A stretch of 64,000 nt of DNA from Burkholderiales bacterium (GTDB lineage: Bacteria; Pseudomonadota; Gammaproteobacteria; Burkholderiales; Burkholderiaceae_C). How positions within the stretch are numbered: position 1 is the stretch's first letter; every line of letters starts with the position of its first letter. Below the pieces are notes generated by a model, which did no database searches, was not told the DNA's origin, and worked only from the letters and a program-made list of their open reading frames with translations. Location: NCBI GenBank assembly GCA_947452135.1, contig CANGBT010000002.1, forward strand, positions 3,586 to 67,585, written 5' to 3'. Position numbers and translations under genes: made by a program. Below, in pieces: positions 1 to 9,620 of this stretch.

Positions 1-1361
1 TTGGCCCACATGAACGCGCAGCTCACGGAAGCACCCAGCCCCAGAAACAAGATGGCTGCGTCGGTCAACGGCACCGCGCTCAAGACCGCCACGGCGAGCA
101 GCCCGCCCAGCACGGTACCGGTCACCCGCATGCTGACCTTGCTGACCGTGCCGGCCAGATCGGGCTTGCAGATCCAGGCGACGGTCAGCGGGATCCAGAA
201 GGCGTGGTTGATGAAGAAGCCCGCCCAGGGCCCCAGCGAGATCGCGGTGGCCAGACCATAGGTCAGGCTCATCTGCCGCGCGTGGCGGATGAAGACATCG
301 CCCGAATGCCCGTGCTGGCGCAGGCGCTCGAACCAGCCCGGGCCGGAAGCGGCGACCGGCGCACAGCTGGCCGCCGCGCCGATCGGCCAGGGCGCGATCA
401 GCAACTGCGTGGCGTCATCAAGCGCGCCGCGCAGCCGGGCCACCAGCGCGGCATCCGCCGGCTCGGCGTGCAACTCGCAGGCGGCATGCACGGCGCTCAG
501 CAGCGCGGGCAGCTCACTCACCCGGCGCGGGTGCACCAGCGCATCGGCAATCCCGCGGGTCAGACCCGAGGCGCTGGCGAGCAGCCGGTCGAGGGCCGCA
601 GGATCGGCCAGATGCCCGCGCCGCGGCACCAGCGCAAAGACCACGAGGCGGCTGTGTTCCAGACAGGCCAGCAGTTGGCGAAACCAGGCCAGCGTGGGTC
701 CGGCAGCACCGCTGATATCGACCGCGCGACTGGCGTCGAGGATGGCTGACGCCGATCCGGTGCCCGACCATCCGGCCAGCGGCTGCGCGCACACCTCAGC
801 GAACTTGCGACAGGCAATGCCCACCTTGCGGCGCGTTGCCTTGAAGTTGCGCGGTGCGTCGACCATGGCCAACGCCACCGCGAGGCAACCGCCGGCAGCC
901 ATTGCCGCTGCATTCATCAAGGCGGTGCCGCTGCTGATCTCGGAGCCCGCGTGAAGCGAAAACAGCGCCAGACAGACCACGCCCACCAGGCCACCCGCGA
1001 GCCCGAGCGCACCGGCGAAACCCACCGCCGCCGCCACCACGAAGGCCGTCACCAGATGCGCCAGCGGGGATTGGGACACCAACCCGCCCAGCAGTGTGGC
1101 CAGGGCGCAGGCCAACGCCATGGCGAGCATCGTGCGCCAGCGCAGCCAAGGCGGCTCGCTCATGTCGCTCAGGTTGGTCAGGAACACCGCCATGGCGAAC
1201 GGCAAGCCCAGTTCGAGGTTGTCCGAATGCGCGACGAGCACCAGCACCACGACGATGGTGACAAAGGTGCGAAAGGCCACGCCCCAGGCAATTTGCGAAC
1301 GCTCGACCGGCAGGCACGAGGCCAGCACGTTGCGCAGCGAACGCCACAGGATTGCGCTCAC
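1..1361 (-). CDS. FUSC/YccS-family inner-membrane protein (C-terminal end runs off the left window edge)
   Basis: Not in the ORF track because no stop lies in the window. My own reverse-strand translation from GTG 1359-1361 is open to nt 1 (VSAILWRSLRNVLAS...FWIPLTVAWICKPDLAGTVSKVSMRVTGTVLGGLLA). It has several hydrophobic helices, a FUSC-like W..LT...P..G.T..K...R..GT..G segment and G/C-rich third positions. Confidence 0.55.
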   Translation of the reverse strand, partial: MSAILWRSLRNVLASCLPVERSQIAWGVAFRTFVTIVVVLVLVAHSDNLELGLPFAMAVFLTNLSDMSEPPWLRWRTMLAMALACALATLLGGLVSQSPLAHLVTAFVVAAAVGFAGALGLAGGLVGVVCLALFSLHAGSEISSGTALMNAAAMAAGGCLAVALAMVDAPRNFKATRRKVGIACRKFAEVCAQPLAGWSGTGSASAILDASRAVDISGAAGPTLAWFRQLLACLEHSRLVVFALVPRRGHLADPAALDRLLASASGLTRGIADALVHPRRVSELPALLSAVHAACELHAEPADAALVARLRGALDDATQLLIAPWPIGAAASCAPVAASGPGWFERLRQHGHSGDVFIRHARQMSLTYGLATAISLGPWAGFFINHAFWIPLTVAWICKPDLAGTVSKVSMRVTGTVLGGLLAVAVLSAVPLTDAAILFLGLGASVSCAFMWA

Positions 1362-1386
1362 GGTTCGGCTCCGCTGCGGCCCATGC

Positions 1387-2580
1387 TCAGCCGGCGGCCA
1401 CGGGGTCGCCGGCCGTCGAGCCCGCGACCACCCACCGCACCGCCACGAAGGCCACCGTCATGCAGCACGCCAGGTAGATCGCCAAAGGCATTTGCGTGCC
1501 GTGTGAAAACCAGGCCATCAGCGCGCTGCTCACGCAGCCCATGAGGATCTGCAGGCAACCCAGCAAGGCGCTGGCGGCGCCGGCACGCTGGGGAAACGGC
1601 CGCAGCGCCAGCGTCACGCAATTGGCAAACACGATGCCCGCAGCCAGGTAGGTGATGAAAAACGGCAGCGCGACGGCCCACAGCGTGGTCAAGCCCAGCA
1701 GCGCCAGCCCCAGCAGCAAGAAAGCGCCGAACAGCGACACCCACAGCCCTGCCTTCACCAGATCGGCCTCATCGTGTTTCTTGACGAGAAAGGTGTTCGC
1801 GACGTTGCCCACGAGGTAGAAAACTGCGGTCGCCATGATGACGAAGCCGTACTGCTCAGGTCGCAGCCCGAGGGTCTTTTCGTAGAGGATGGGCGAGGCC
1901 GCCATGTAGGCCGCCGAATGGCTGAAGAACATGGCCGGCACGATCATGTAGCCCACGTACCAGCGGTTTTTCAGCAGGATGCCCATGGACGAGAACATCT
2001 CGGCCCAGCTGAATTTCGCGGCCGAGCCTTTGCGGGTTTCCGGCAGGTAGACGAAGGCCAGGCCCCAGCAAGCCACGGCGAACACGAAGATCAGCAGGAA
2101 ATTGGATTGCCAGTTGAGATAGTCCTGAACGTAGCCGCCGGCCACCGGCGCCAGCATGGGCACCAAGGCCCAGGCGATCGACAGCCACACCGACACCTGC
2201 GCGAGCCGCTTGCCTTCGCAGGTGTCTCGGGCCACGGCCCTCGGAATGACCACGCACGCACCCGCGGCAAAACCCTGCAGCAGCCGCCCGGCCAGCAACT
2301 GGGCGATCCCTGACGCGAAGAAGCACACCGCCGAGCCTGCGGCGTAGAGCAAGATGGCCGGAAGGATGACCCGGCGCCGCCCCAGGGCATCGGACAACGC
2401 GCCATAGAACAACTGCGACATCGCCATGCTGAGCAAGAACAGGCTCAGCGACAGCTCGATGTACTTCGGCGCCACATCGAGTGCGACGGCCATGGCGCCA
2501 AACGACGGCAGGTACAGGTCGACACCGACCTGACCGAGGATCACGAAAGTGATGATCAGCGGGATGACTGCGCGGTTCAT
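1387..2580 (-). CDS. MFS drug-efflux transporter, Bcr/CflA-like
   Basis: ORF 1387..2640. Multi-TM hydrophobic profile with an N-terminus MNRAVIPLIITFVILGQVGVDLYLPSF and an MFS motif-A-like GALSDALGRRRV. Start trimmed to ATG 2578-2580. Confidence 0.8.
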   Translation of the reverse strand: MNRAVIPLIITFVILGQVGVDLYLPSFGAMAVALDVAPKYIELSLSLFLLSMAMSQLFYGALSDALGRRRVILPAILLYAAGSAVCFFASGIAQLLAGRLLQGFAAGACVVIPRAVARDTCEGKRLAQVSVWLSIAWALVPMLAPVAGGYVQDYLNWQSNFLLIFVFAVACWGLAFVYLPETRKGSAAKFSWAEMFSSMGILLKNRWYVGYMIVPAMFFSHSAAYMAASPILYEKTLGLRPEQYGFVIMATAVFYLVGNVANTFLVKKHDEADLVKAGLWVSLFGAFLLLGLALLGLTTLWAVALPFFITYLAAGIVFANCVTLALRPFPQRAGAASALLGCLQILMGCVSSALMAWFSHGTQMPLAIYLACCMTVAFVAVRWVVAGSTAGDPVAAG

Positions 2581-2591
2581 GGACGTGCGCC

Positions 2592-2987
2592 TCACGAGGC
2601 GGAAGCCAGCGACTCGACCAGCCGGAAGCCCGCAGCGCAAAACATCAGCGCCCCCAGCAAATGGGCCAGCGCGTGCGCCGCGGCCCAGCCGAAGTCACCA
2701 CGTTGCAGCAAGCTGAGCGACTCGCCGGAGAACGACGAGAAAGTGGTCAAGCCACCGAGAAACCCGGTGACGACCAGCAGCCGCAGGGTTTCGTTGGGCG
2801 AGCGCGCAAACCAGGCCAGCGCCATGCCGATCAGCAGCCCGCCCAGGCAGTTGACGAACAGCGTGCCCAGCGGGAAAGCAGGCCAGCGTTCGTTGAGCCA
2901 CAGCTGCACGCGCCAGCGCGACACGCCGCCGACCGCCGAGCCAAACGCCACGACGAAGATCTGTAGCCAGGGAACGTTTTGCATCAT
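2592..2987 (-). CDS. crcB: fluoride ion channel CrcB/FluC
   Basis: C-terminal 131 aa of ORF 2592..3365 (MMQNVPWLQIFVVAFGSAVGGVSRW...FPLGTLFVNCLGGLLIG...GFLGGLTTFSSF). ATG 2985-2987 overlaps the moaE stop by 4 nt. Confidence 0.85.
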   Translation of the reverse strand: MMQNVPWLQIFVVAFGSAVGGVSRWRVQLWLNERWPAFPLGTLFVNCLGGLLIGMALAWFARSPNETLRLLVVTGFLGGLTTFSSFSGESLSLLQRGDFGWAAAHALAHLLGALMFCAAGFRLVESLASAS

Positions 2988-3466
2988 CGGGTGGCTTGAG
3001 GGTTGGCAGGGTCGATCGGGTTCCAGCGCGCCAGCGCCGCGTCGTCGCTCACGCGGGCATCCACCCAGCGCGTGCCGTCGGGCGTGGCTTCTTTTTTCCA
3101 GAACGGGGCTTGCATCTTCAGGTGGTCGATCAGAAATTCGCAGGCCTGAAACGCTTCGCCGCGGTGCGCCGAAGCCACCGCCACCAGCACGATCTGGTCT
3201 TGCGGCTGCAGCAGCCCCACGCGGTGGATCACGCGCACGCTGCGGATGTCGAAGCGCGCGCGCGCGGCGGCGATGTTGGCGGCGATCGAGGCTTCGGTCA
3301 TGCCGGGGTAGTGCTCGAGTTCCATCGAGCTGACCGAAGCGCCGTCGTTGCGGTCGCGCACGCAACCCACAAAGGTGACCACCGCACCCACGGCGGGGTC
3401 GGCATCGCGCAGCGCGGCCACCTCGGCGCCGAGGTCGAAGTCCGCGGTCTGAATGCTCACGCTCAT
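2984..3466 (-). CDS. moaE: molybdopterin synthase catalytic subunit MoaE
   Basis: ORF 2984..3466, 160 aa (GAVVTFVGCVRD...LEHYPGMTE...VAVASAHRGEAFQACEFLIDHLKMQAPFWKKE). Confidence 0.9.
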   Translation of the reverse strand: MSVSIQTADFDLGAEVAALRDADPAVGAVVTFVGCVRDRNDGASVSSMELEHYPGMTEASIAANIAAARARFDIRSVRVIHRVGLLQPQDQIVLVAVASAHRGEAFQACEFLIDHLKMQAPFWKKEATPDGTRWVDARVSDDAALARWNPIDPANPQATR

Positions 3467-3485
3467 GGCTGCAGCGCGGCTCGGA

Positions 3486-3737
3486 TCAACCGCCGGTGAT
3501 GGGCGGAAAGAACGCCACTTCGGCGCCTTCGGTGACCACCGCCGATTCCTCGCACATCACATGGTTCAGCGCGCAGCGCCGGCCGTGGCCGCGCACCAGG
3601 GCGGCCGCGTGGTCGGCGCTCGAACCCATCAGGCGGTCGCGCAGCTCGCCCACGGTGATGCCAGCGGGCACGTCGATCACCTCGTGCTCGCCGAGCACCT
3701 CGCGAATGGCGGCGAAGTAGCGCAGGTTCACCTTCAT
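3486..3737 (-). CDS. moaD: molybdopterin synthase sulfur-carrier subunit MoaD
   Basis: 83 aa, MKVNLRYFAAIREVLG...AFFPPITGG with the C-terminal Gly-Gly. ATG 3735-3737 overlaps the moeA stop by 4 nt. Confidence 0.9.
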   Translation of the reverse strand: MKVNLRYFAAIREVLGEHEVIDVPAGITVGELRDRLMGSSADHAAALVRGHGRRCALNHVMCEESAVVTEGAEVAFFPPITGG

Positions 3738-4993
3738 GACAGCAGCTCCGCGAAGCTGAGGTAGCGCACCGTGTCGCCGGCGCGGATGGTGCCGCCGATG
3801 GGGTTGTCGACCAGCCCGTCGCCCCACACCGCCGAGGTCAGCACGCCCGAGCTCTGGTTGGCAAACAGATCGAGCCCGCCCGCGGCGTTGAGCCGCACGC
3901 GCAGGAATTCGCGCCGCCGGTCGGCTCGCGGGATGTCGAAGTCGGCACGCATGGGCAGGCTGCGCGCAGCCACATCGACGACGCCTTGCAAGTGCAGCAG
4001 CACCGGGCGCACCACCAGCAAAAAGGTCACGAAGCTCGACACCGGGTTGCCGGGCAGTCCGATGAAATACGCGCCCGGCGCGCCAGCCGATGCGCCACGC
4101 CGCACCTCACCAAACGCCAGCGGCTTGCCGGGCTTGATGGCCAGTTGCCACAAATCGATGCGGCCTTCGGCTTCGACGGCCGGGCGGATGTGGTCTTCGT
4201 CGCCGACCGACACGCCGCCGCTGGTCACGATCACATCGTGTTCGAGCGCGGCGCGGCGCAGCGCATCGCGGGTGGCGTCAAGCCGGTCGGGCACGATGCC
4301 GAAATCGGTGCACTCGCAGCCCAGCGACTCGATCAGCGCGCGCAGCGTGTAGCGGTTGGAGTTGTAGATGGCGCCGGGCGTGAGCGGCTCGCCGGGCATC
4401 ACCAGCTCATCGCCGGTGGAAAACAGCGCCACGCGTGGGCGCTTGGCCACCGTCAAGGTGGCCGCGCCGACCGAGGCCGCCAGACCGAGCGCTTGCGGCG
4501 TGAGGCGGGCGCCCCGAGGCAGCACGACGGCGCCGGCGTTCACGTCTTCGCCGCGGCGGCGGATCCACTGGCCGGTCTGCGGCACGGTGTCGATGCGCAC
4601 CATGCTGCCATCGAGCGCGGCACACTGCTCTTGCATCACCACCGCATCGGCACCGGCGGGCACGTGTGCGCCGGTGAAGATGCGCGCGGCCGTGCCCGTT
4701 TGCAAAGGCGCGGGCACGGCGCCGGCGGCGATGCGCTGGCTCACCGGCAGGCGGACGCCGGGGGCAGGCACATCGGCACAGCGCAGCGCATAGCCGTCCA
4801 TCGCGGTGTTGTCGGCCGGCGGCACGTCGATCAGCGAGCGCAGATCGGAAGCCAGCACGCGAGCGCGGGCCTCGAAGGTGGAGATCAATTCGTTCGTGTC
4901 AGCCGCGAACGGCTGCACCGAGCGCAACAGCCGCCCCAGCGCCTCGTCAAGATCGAGCAAGGGCGGTCGCGGCGACGGTGCGCTGGACGTCAA
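3734..4993 (-). CDS. moeA: molybdopterin molybdotransferase MoeA (copy 1)
   Basis: ORF 3734..4993, 419 aa ([44 protein letters not shown]). The start overlaps the thrC stop (ATGA). Confidence 0.9.
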   Translation of the reverse strand: MTSSAPSPRPPLLDLDEALGRLLRSVQPFAADTNELISTFEARARVLASDLRSLIDVPPADNTAMDGYALRCADVPAPGVRLPVSQRIAAGAVPAPLQTGTAARIFTGAHVPAGADAVVMQEQCAALDGSMVRIDTVPQTGQWIRRRGEDVNAGAVVLPRGARLTPQALGLAASVGAATLTVAKRPRVALFSTGDELVMPGEPLTPGAIYNSNRYTLRALIESLGCECTDFGIVPDRLDATRDALRRAALEHDVIVTSGGVSVGDEDHIRPAVEAEGRIDLWQLAIKPGKPLAFGEVRRGASAGAPGAYFIGLPGNPVSSFVTFLLVVRPVLLHLQGVVDVAARSLPMRADFDIPRADRRREFLRVRLNAAGGLDLFANQSSGVLTSAVWGDGLVDNPIGGTIRAGDTVRYLSFAELLS

Positions 4994-6420
4994 ACGTGCT
5001 CGCTGAGGTAGGTCTTGACCAACTGCACGTCAGGAGGCATGACCTCGAACCGCTTGGGGAGGTCTTCGATGCCCCGCATGGCCGGTGGCCGGTCGGGCTC
5101 GATGCCGATGGCCTCGACGATGGTCTCGGCAAACTTGGCGGGCAGCGCCGTCTCGAGCACGATCATCGGCACGCCCCAGTCCATGCACTCGCGAGCGACC
5201 TTCAGGCCGTCGGCGGTGTGCGTGTCGATCACCACGCCGAAGCGGCGATAGGTGTCGCGGATGGTCGCCAGCCGGTCGGCGTGGGTGCTGGTGCCCGACA
5301 CGAAGCCGAACTCGGCCGTGCGCGCGAATTCATCGTCGGTGACGGTGAAAGAACCATGCTGCTCGACATCGGTCTTGAACAGTTGCTTGGTGCGCTCGCC
5401 GTCACGGCCGAGCAGATCGAACACGAAGCGCTCGAAATTCGACGCCTTGGAGATGTCCATCGACGGGCTGGAGGTTTCGTGCGTCTCGGCGCTGCCGCGC
5501 ACGCGGTAGGTGCCGGTGCGAAAGAACTCGTCGAGCACGTTGTTCTCATTGGTGGCCAGCACCAGGTGGCGGATCGGCAAGCCCATCATGCGAGCGACGT
5601 GGCCGGCGCAGATGTTGCCGAAGTTGCCCGACGGCACCGCGAAGCTGACCTGATCGCCGTTGTCGCGCGTGGCCTGGAAGTAGCCGGCAAAGTAGTAGAC
5701 GACCTGCGCGAGCAGACGCGCCCAGTTGATGGAGTTGACCGTGCCGATGTGGTGGCGGCGCTTGAACTCGAGGTCGTTGGAGACGGCCTTGACGATGTCC
5801 TGGCAGTCGTCGAAGACGCCTTCGATGGCCAGGTTGTGGATGTTGGGGTCTTGCAGGCTGAACATCTGCGCCTGCTGGAACGGGCTCATGCGGCCCAGCG
5901 GGCTGAGCATGAACACGCGCACGTTCTTCTTGCCGCGCATGGCGTATTCGGCCGCACTGCCGGTGTCGCCCGAGGTGGCACCCAGGATGTTGAGGGTTTC
6001 GCCGCGGCGCGCGAGCTCGTACTCGAACAGCTGACCGAGCAGCTGCATGGCCATGTCCTTGAACGCGAGCGTCGGGCCGTTGGACAGCGCCTGCAGGTAC
6101 ACGTCGACGCCTTCGGGCGTGTTGGCGGCGCGGTCGAGCGGCTTGAGCGGCGTGATCTCGGTCGAGCCAAAGACCTCGGGCGTGTAGGTGCGTGCGGTCA
6201 GCGCGCGCAGGTCATCGGCCGGGATGTCGTCGATGTAAAGCGACAGGATCTCGAACGCGAGCTCGTGATAGCGCAGGCCGCGCCAGCGAGCCAGCGTGGC
6301 CGCGTCGATGCGCGGGTAATGCGTCGGCAGGTACAGACCGCCGTCGGGCGCCAGGCCCTCGAGCAGGATCTCGCAAAAACTGCGCAGCTCGGCGTGACCG
6401 CGGGTGCTCTGGTACTTCAA
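4990..6420 (-). CDS. thrC: threonine synthase
   Basis: ORF 4990..6525 (KYQSTRGH...GGLYLP...PTLAFKDMAMQ). Start trimmed to TTG 6418-6420, which has an AGGAG 7 nt upstream. Confidence 0.9.
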   Translation of the reverse strand: MKYQSTRGHAELRSFCEILLEGLAPDGGLYLPTHYPRIDAATLARWRGLRYHELAFEILSLYIDDIPADDLRALTARTYTPEVFGSTEITPLKPLDRAANTPEGVDVYLQALSNGPTLAFKDMAMQLLGQLFEYELARRGETLNILGATSGDTGSAAEYAMRGKKNVRVFMLSPLGRMSPFQQAQMFSLQDPNIHNLAIEGVFDDCQDIVKAVSNDLEFKRRHHIGTVNSINWARLLAQVVYYFAGYFQATRDNGDQVSFAVPSGNFGNICAGHVARMMGLPIRHLVLATNENNVLDEFFRTGTYRVRGSAETHETSSPSMDISKASNFERFVFDLLGRDGERTKQLFKTDVEQHGSFTVTDDEFARTAEFGFVSGTSTHADRLATIRDTYRRFGVVIDTHTADGLKVARECMDWGVPMIVLETALPAKFAETIVEAIGIEPDRPPAMRGIEDLPKRFEVMPPDVQLVKTYLSEHV

Positions 6421-6448
6421 GCGATCGCTCCTGGGATGTGTGGGCGGC

Positions 6449-7777
6449 TCAACTGAGTTCTTCCTTGCGGATGCGCACGATCGGCGCGAGCACCGTGGGC
6501 AGCGCTTGCATCTGCGCGATGGCACGGTTCATCTCGGACTCGACGGTGTCGTGCGTGAGGATGATCACGTCGGTGTGCGCCGTGCCAGAGCCGCTCGGGC
6601 CGTCGTTGGGGCGCTGCAGCAGCGCATCGATCGAGATGGCGTGCTCGGCCAGGATGCCGGCGATGCGCGCCATGACGCCCGCCTGGTCGGTGACTTGCAG
6701 CCGCAGGTAGAACGACGTGATGGTCTGCTCCATCGGCAGCACCGGCGTGGAAGCCAGCGCGTCGTGCTGGAACGCCAGGTGCGGCACGCGGTGGTGCGGA
6801 TCGGCGGTGTGCAGCCGGGTGATGTCGACCAGATCGGCGATCACCGCCGACGCGGTGGGCTCGGAGCCCGCGCCCTTGCCGTAGTACAGCGTGCTGCCCA
6901 CGGCATCGCCTTGCACCATCACGGCATTCATGGCGCCTTCGACGTTGGCGATCAGCCGCTTGGTGGGCACCAGCGTCGGATGCACGCGCAACTCGATGCC
7001 GCCGGCGTCGTCGCGCCGCTTGGTGATGCCCAGCAGCTTGATGCGGTAGCCCAGGTGCTCGGCGTAACCGATGTCGGCCGCTTGCAGAGCGGTGATGCCT
7101 TCGATGTGCGCGCGGTCGAACTGCACCGGCACGCCGAACGCGATGGCGCTCATCAGCGTGAGCTTGTGAGCCGCGTCGATGCCTTCGATGTCGAACGTCG
7201 GGTCGGCTTCGGCGTAACCGAGCGCCTGCGCTTCCTTGAGCACCACGCCGAAGTCGAGACCCTTCGATCGCATCTCCGACAAGATGAAATTGGTGGTGCC
7301 GTTGATGATCCCGGCGATCCACTGAATGCGGTTGGCCGTGAGGCCTTCGCGCAACGCCTTGATGATCGGAATGCCCCCGGCCACCGCCGCCTCGAAGGCC
7401 ACGACCACGCCTTTTTCACGGGCAGCGGCAAAGATCTCGGTGCCGTGCACGGCGAGCAACGCCTTGTTGGCAGTGACCACATGCTTGCCAGCGGCGATGG
7501 CTTCGAGCACCAGCGTGCGCGCGATGCCGTAGCCGCCAATCAGTTCGACAACGATGTCGATGTCGGGGTGGCTGACGACTTCGCGAGCATCGGACACCAC
7601 CCGCACGCCATCGCCCACCAGCGCGCGGGCGCGGGCGGTGTCGAGGTCGGCAACCATGGTGATCTCGATGCCACGGCCGGCGCGGCGCTGGATTTCTTCC
7701 TGGTTGCGGCGCAGCACGTTGAACGTGCCGCTGCCCACAGTGCCTGCGCCCAAAAGGCCAACTCGGATCGGATTCAT
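6449..7777 (-). CDS. hom: homoserine dehydrogenase
   Basis: ORF 6449..7981. Start trimmed to ATG 7775-7777 (MNPIRVGLLGAGTVGSG...VVTANKALLA...). The C-terminus looks like an ACT regulatory domain. Confidence 0.9.
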   Translation of the reverse strand: MNPIRVGLLGAGTVGSGTFNVLRRNQEEIQRRAGRGIEITMVADLDTARARALVGDGVRVVSDAREVVSHPDIDIVVELIGGYGIARTLVLEAIAAGKHVVTANKALLAVHGTEIFAAAREKGVVVAFEAAVAGGIPIIKALREGLTANRIQWIAGIINGTTNFILSEMRSKGLDFGVVLKEAQALGYAEADPTFDIEGIDAAHKLTLMSAIAFGVPVQFDRAHIEGITALQAADIGYAEHLGYRIKLLGITKRRDDAGGIELRVHPTLVPTKRLIANVEGAMNAVMVQGDAVGSTLYYGKGAGSEPTASAVIADLVDITRLHTADPHHRVPHLAFQHDALASTPVLPMEQTITSFYLRLQVTDQAGVMARIAGILAEHAISIDALLQRPNDGPSGSGTAHTDVIILTHDTVESEMNRAIAQMQALPTVLAPIVRIRKEELS

Positions 7778-7853
7778 GAAAGATGTGGGCTCAAGGCCGC
7801 TGCGGTTCGGGTGAAGGAGGAGGTGGCGGACTGGAGCGCCCGGCGTCAAAAGG

Positions 7854-9080
7854 TCACTTGGCGTGGCGCTTGCGGTATTTCTCGAGGAAGTGCGCAATGC
7901 GATGGATCGCCTCGGCGAGGTCATCGGAGTTCGGCAGGAACACCAGCCGGAAGTGATCGGGCTGCGGCCAGTTGAACCCACTGCCCTGCACGATCAGCAC
8001 CTTCTCGGCGGCCAGCAGTTCGTAGGCGAACTCCTGATCGTCGGCGATCGGGTACATCTGGGGATCGAGGCGCGGAAACATGTAAAGCGCCGCCTTGGGC
8101 TTGACCACGCTCACGCCCGGGATCTGGTTGAGCATCTCGTAGGCCAGATCGCGCTGGCGGCACAACCGCCCGCCGGGCGCGACCAGCTCGCGAATGCTCT
8201 GATGACCGCCCAGCGCGGTCTGGATCGCCAACTGGCCCGGCGTGTTCGAGCACAGCCGCATCGAAGCCAGCATGTTCAGGCCTTCGATGTAGTCGGTGGC
8301 GCGTCCCTTGGCGCCCGACACCACCATCCAGCCTGCGCGGTAGCCGCACGAGCGGTAGTTTTTGCTCAGTCCGTTGAAGGTGACAAAGAACACGTCGTCG
8401 GCCAGCGAGGCGATGCTGGTGTGGGTTTCGCCGTCGAACAGCGTCTTGTCGTAAATCTCGTCGGCAAACACGATTAGCTGGTGCTCGCGCGCCACCTCGA
8501 CGATGTCGCGCAGGACGCTCTCGGGATACAGCGCGCCGGTCGGGTTGTTCGGATTGATGATCACGATGGCCCGCGTGTTGGGCGTGATCTTGCTGCGGAT
8601 GTCGGCGATGTCGGGGTGCCATTCCGACTGCTCGTCGCAAAGATAGTGCACGGCGGTCCCGCCAGACAGCACGACCGAGGCGGTCCACAGCGGGTAATCG
8701 GGCGCAGGCACGAGCACCTCGTCGCCGTCGTTGAGCAGGCCGTTCATGCTCATGGTGATGAGCTCGGAAGCCCCGTTGCCGAGGAACACGTCATCGACCG
8801 TCACGCCGCGCACGTGCTTTTCCTGCATGTAGTGCACCACCGCCTTGCGCGGCGCGAACAAGCCCTTGCTGTCGGTGTAGCCTGCGCTGTGCGGCAGGTT
8901 GCGGATCATGTCCTGCACGATCTCTTCGGGAGGCTCGAGGCCGAACACCGCGAGATTGCCGATGTTCAGCTTGATGACCTTCTGGCCTTCTTCTTCCATC
9001 TGCCGCGCCTTGTCCAGCACCGGACCGCGGATGTCGTAGCAGACGTTGGCGAGCTTGCTCGACTTGGCAATGGGTTTCAC
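7854..9080 (-). CDS. alaA: PLP-dependent alanine/glutamate-pyruvate aminotransferase (AlaA/YfbQ-like)
   Basis: ORF 7854..9284. It is near-colinear with my recollection of E. coli AlaA (KSSKLANVCYDIRGPV..., NPNNPTGALY, FNGLSKNYRSCGYRAGW). GTG start 9078-9080 has a GGAG 8 nt upstream. Confidence 0.85.
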   Translation of the reverse strand: MKPIAKSSKLANVCYDIRGPVLDKARQMEEEGQKVIKLNIGNLAVFGLEPPEEIVQDMIRNLPHSAGYTDSKGLFAPRKAVVHYMQEKHVRGVTVDDVFLGNGASELITMSMNGLLNDGDEVLVPAPDYPLWTASVVLSGGTAVHYLCDEQSEWHPDIADIRSKITPNTRAIVIINPNNPTGALYPESVLRDIVEVAREHQLIVFADEIYDKTLFDGETHTSIASLADDVFFVTFNGLSKNYRSCGYRAGWMVVSGAKGRATDYIEGLNMLASMRLCSNTPGQLAIQTALGGHQSIRELVAPGGRLCRQRDLAYEMLNQIPGVSVVKPKAALYMFPRLDPQMYPIADDQEFAYELLAAEKVLIVQGSGFNWPQPDHFRLVFLPNSDDLAEAIHRIAHFLEKYRKRHAK

Positions 9081-9135
9081 AGCAGGGTCTCCGGCACCGC
9101 GCCGGCGCGACGCGAAGCCTACAATTTTACGCCGC

Positions 9136-9531
9136 ATGACCTGGGAGTTGACGAGCTTGAAACTGCACGCTGAACGCATCGAAGGCACCAACGCGATCGC
9201 CCGCCACGGCAAGGACGGCGTGGTGGTCAACGGCGTCACCCACACCACCAGCGTGGTGGTTCCGTGGCAAGGCCCGGTGGCCACCTGGCCGGTTCAGAGA
9301 TTCGATCAACTCAGCGCCGCTCACTTTGCCGAGCTGGTGCTGCACGAACCCGAACTGGTGATCTTCGGCAGCGGCCTGAAGATGCGCTTCGCGCCGCCCT
9401 CGTACCTGAGGGCGCTGATCGAAAAAGGCATCGGTTTCGAGTCGATGGACACCGCCGCCGCATGCCGAACTTACAACGTGCTGCTCGCCGAAGGGCGTTC
9501 GGTGCTGGCCGCGTTGCTGTTTGAGCACTGA
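9136..9531 (+). CDS. Mth938-like (DUF498) domain protein
   Basis: 131 aa from ATG 9136 (MTWELTSLKLHAERIEGTNAI...ELVIFGSGLKMRF...IGFESMDTAAACRTYNVLLAEGR). Confidence 0.7.
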   Translation: MTWELTSLKLHAERIEGTNAIARHGKDGVVVNGVTHTTSVVVPWQGPVATWPVQRFDQLSAAHFAELVLHEPELVIFGSGLKMRFAPPSYLRALIEKGIGFESMDTAAACRTYNVLLAEGRSVLAALLFEH

Positions 9532-9620
9532 TTCAGGCTTGCAATTGAGAACTGCGGGGCGTTTGCTCCCCCTATAATCTGCGGCCACGCCCGCGCTGGC
9601 GACTCCCCCCTAGAAACCTC

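Noticed and set aside
2984-3000. Fluoride riboswitch expected upstream of crcB.
   Set aside because: The crcB start codon overlaps the moaE stop, so no leader exists. The point is recorded as a finding rather than a feature.
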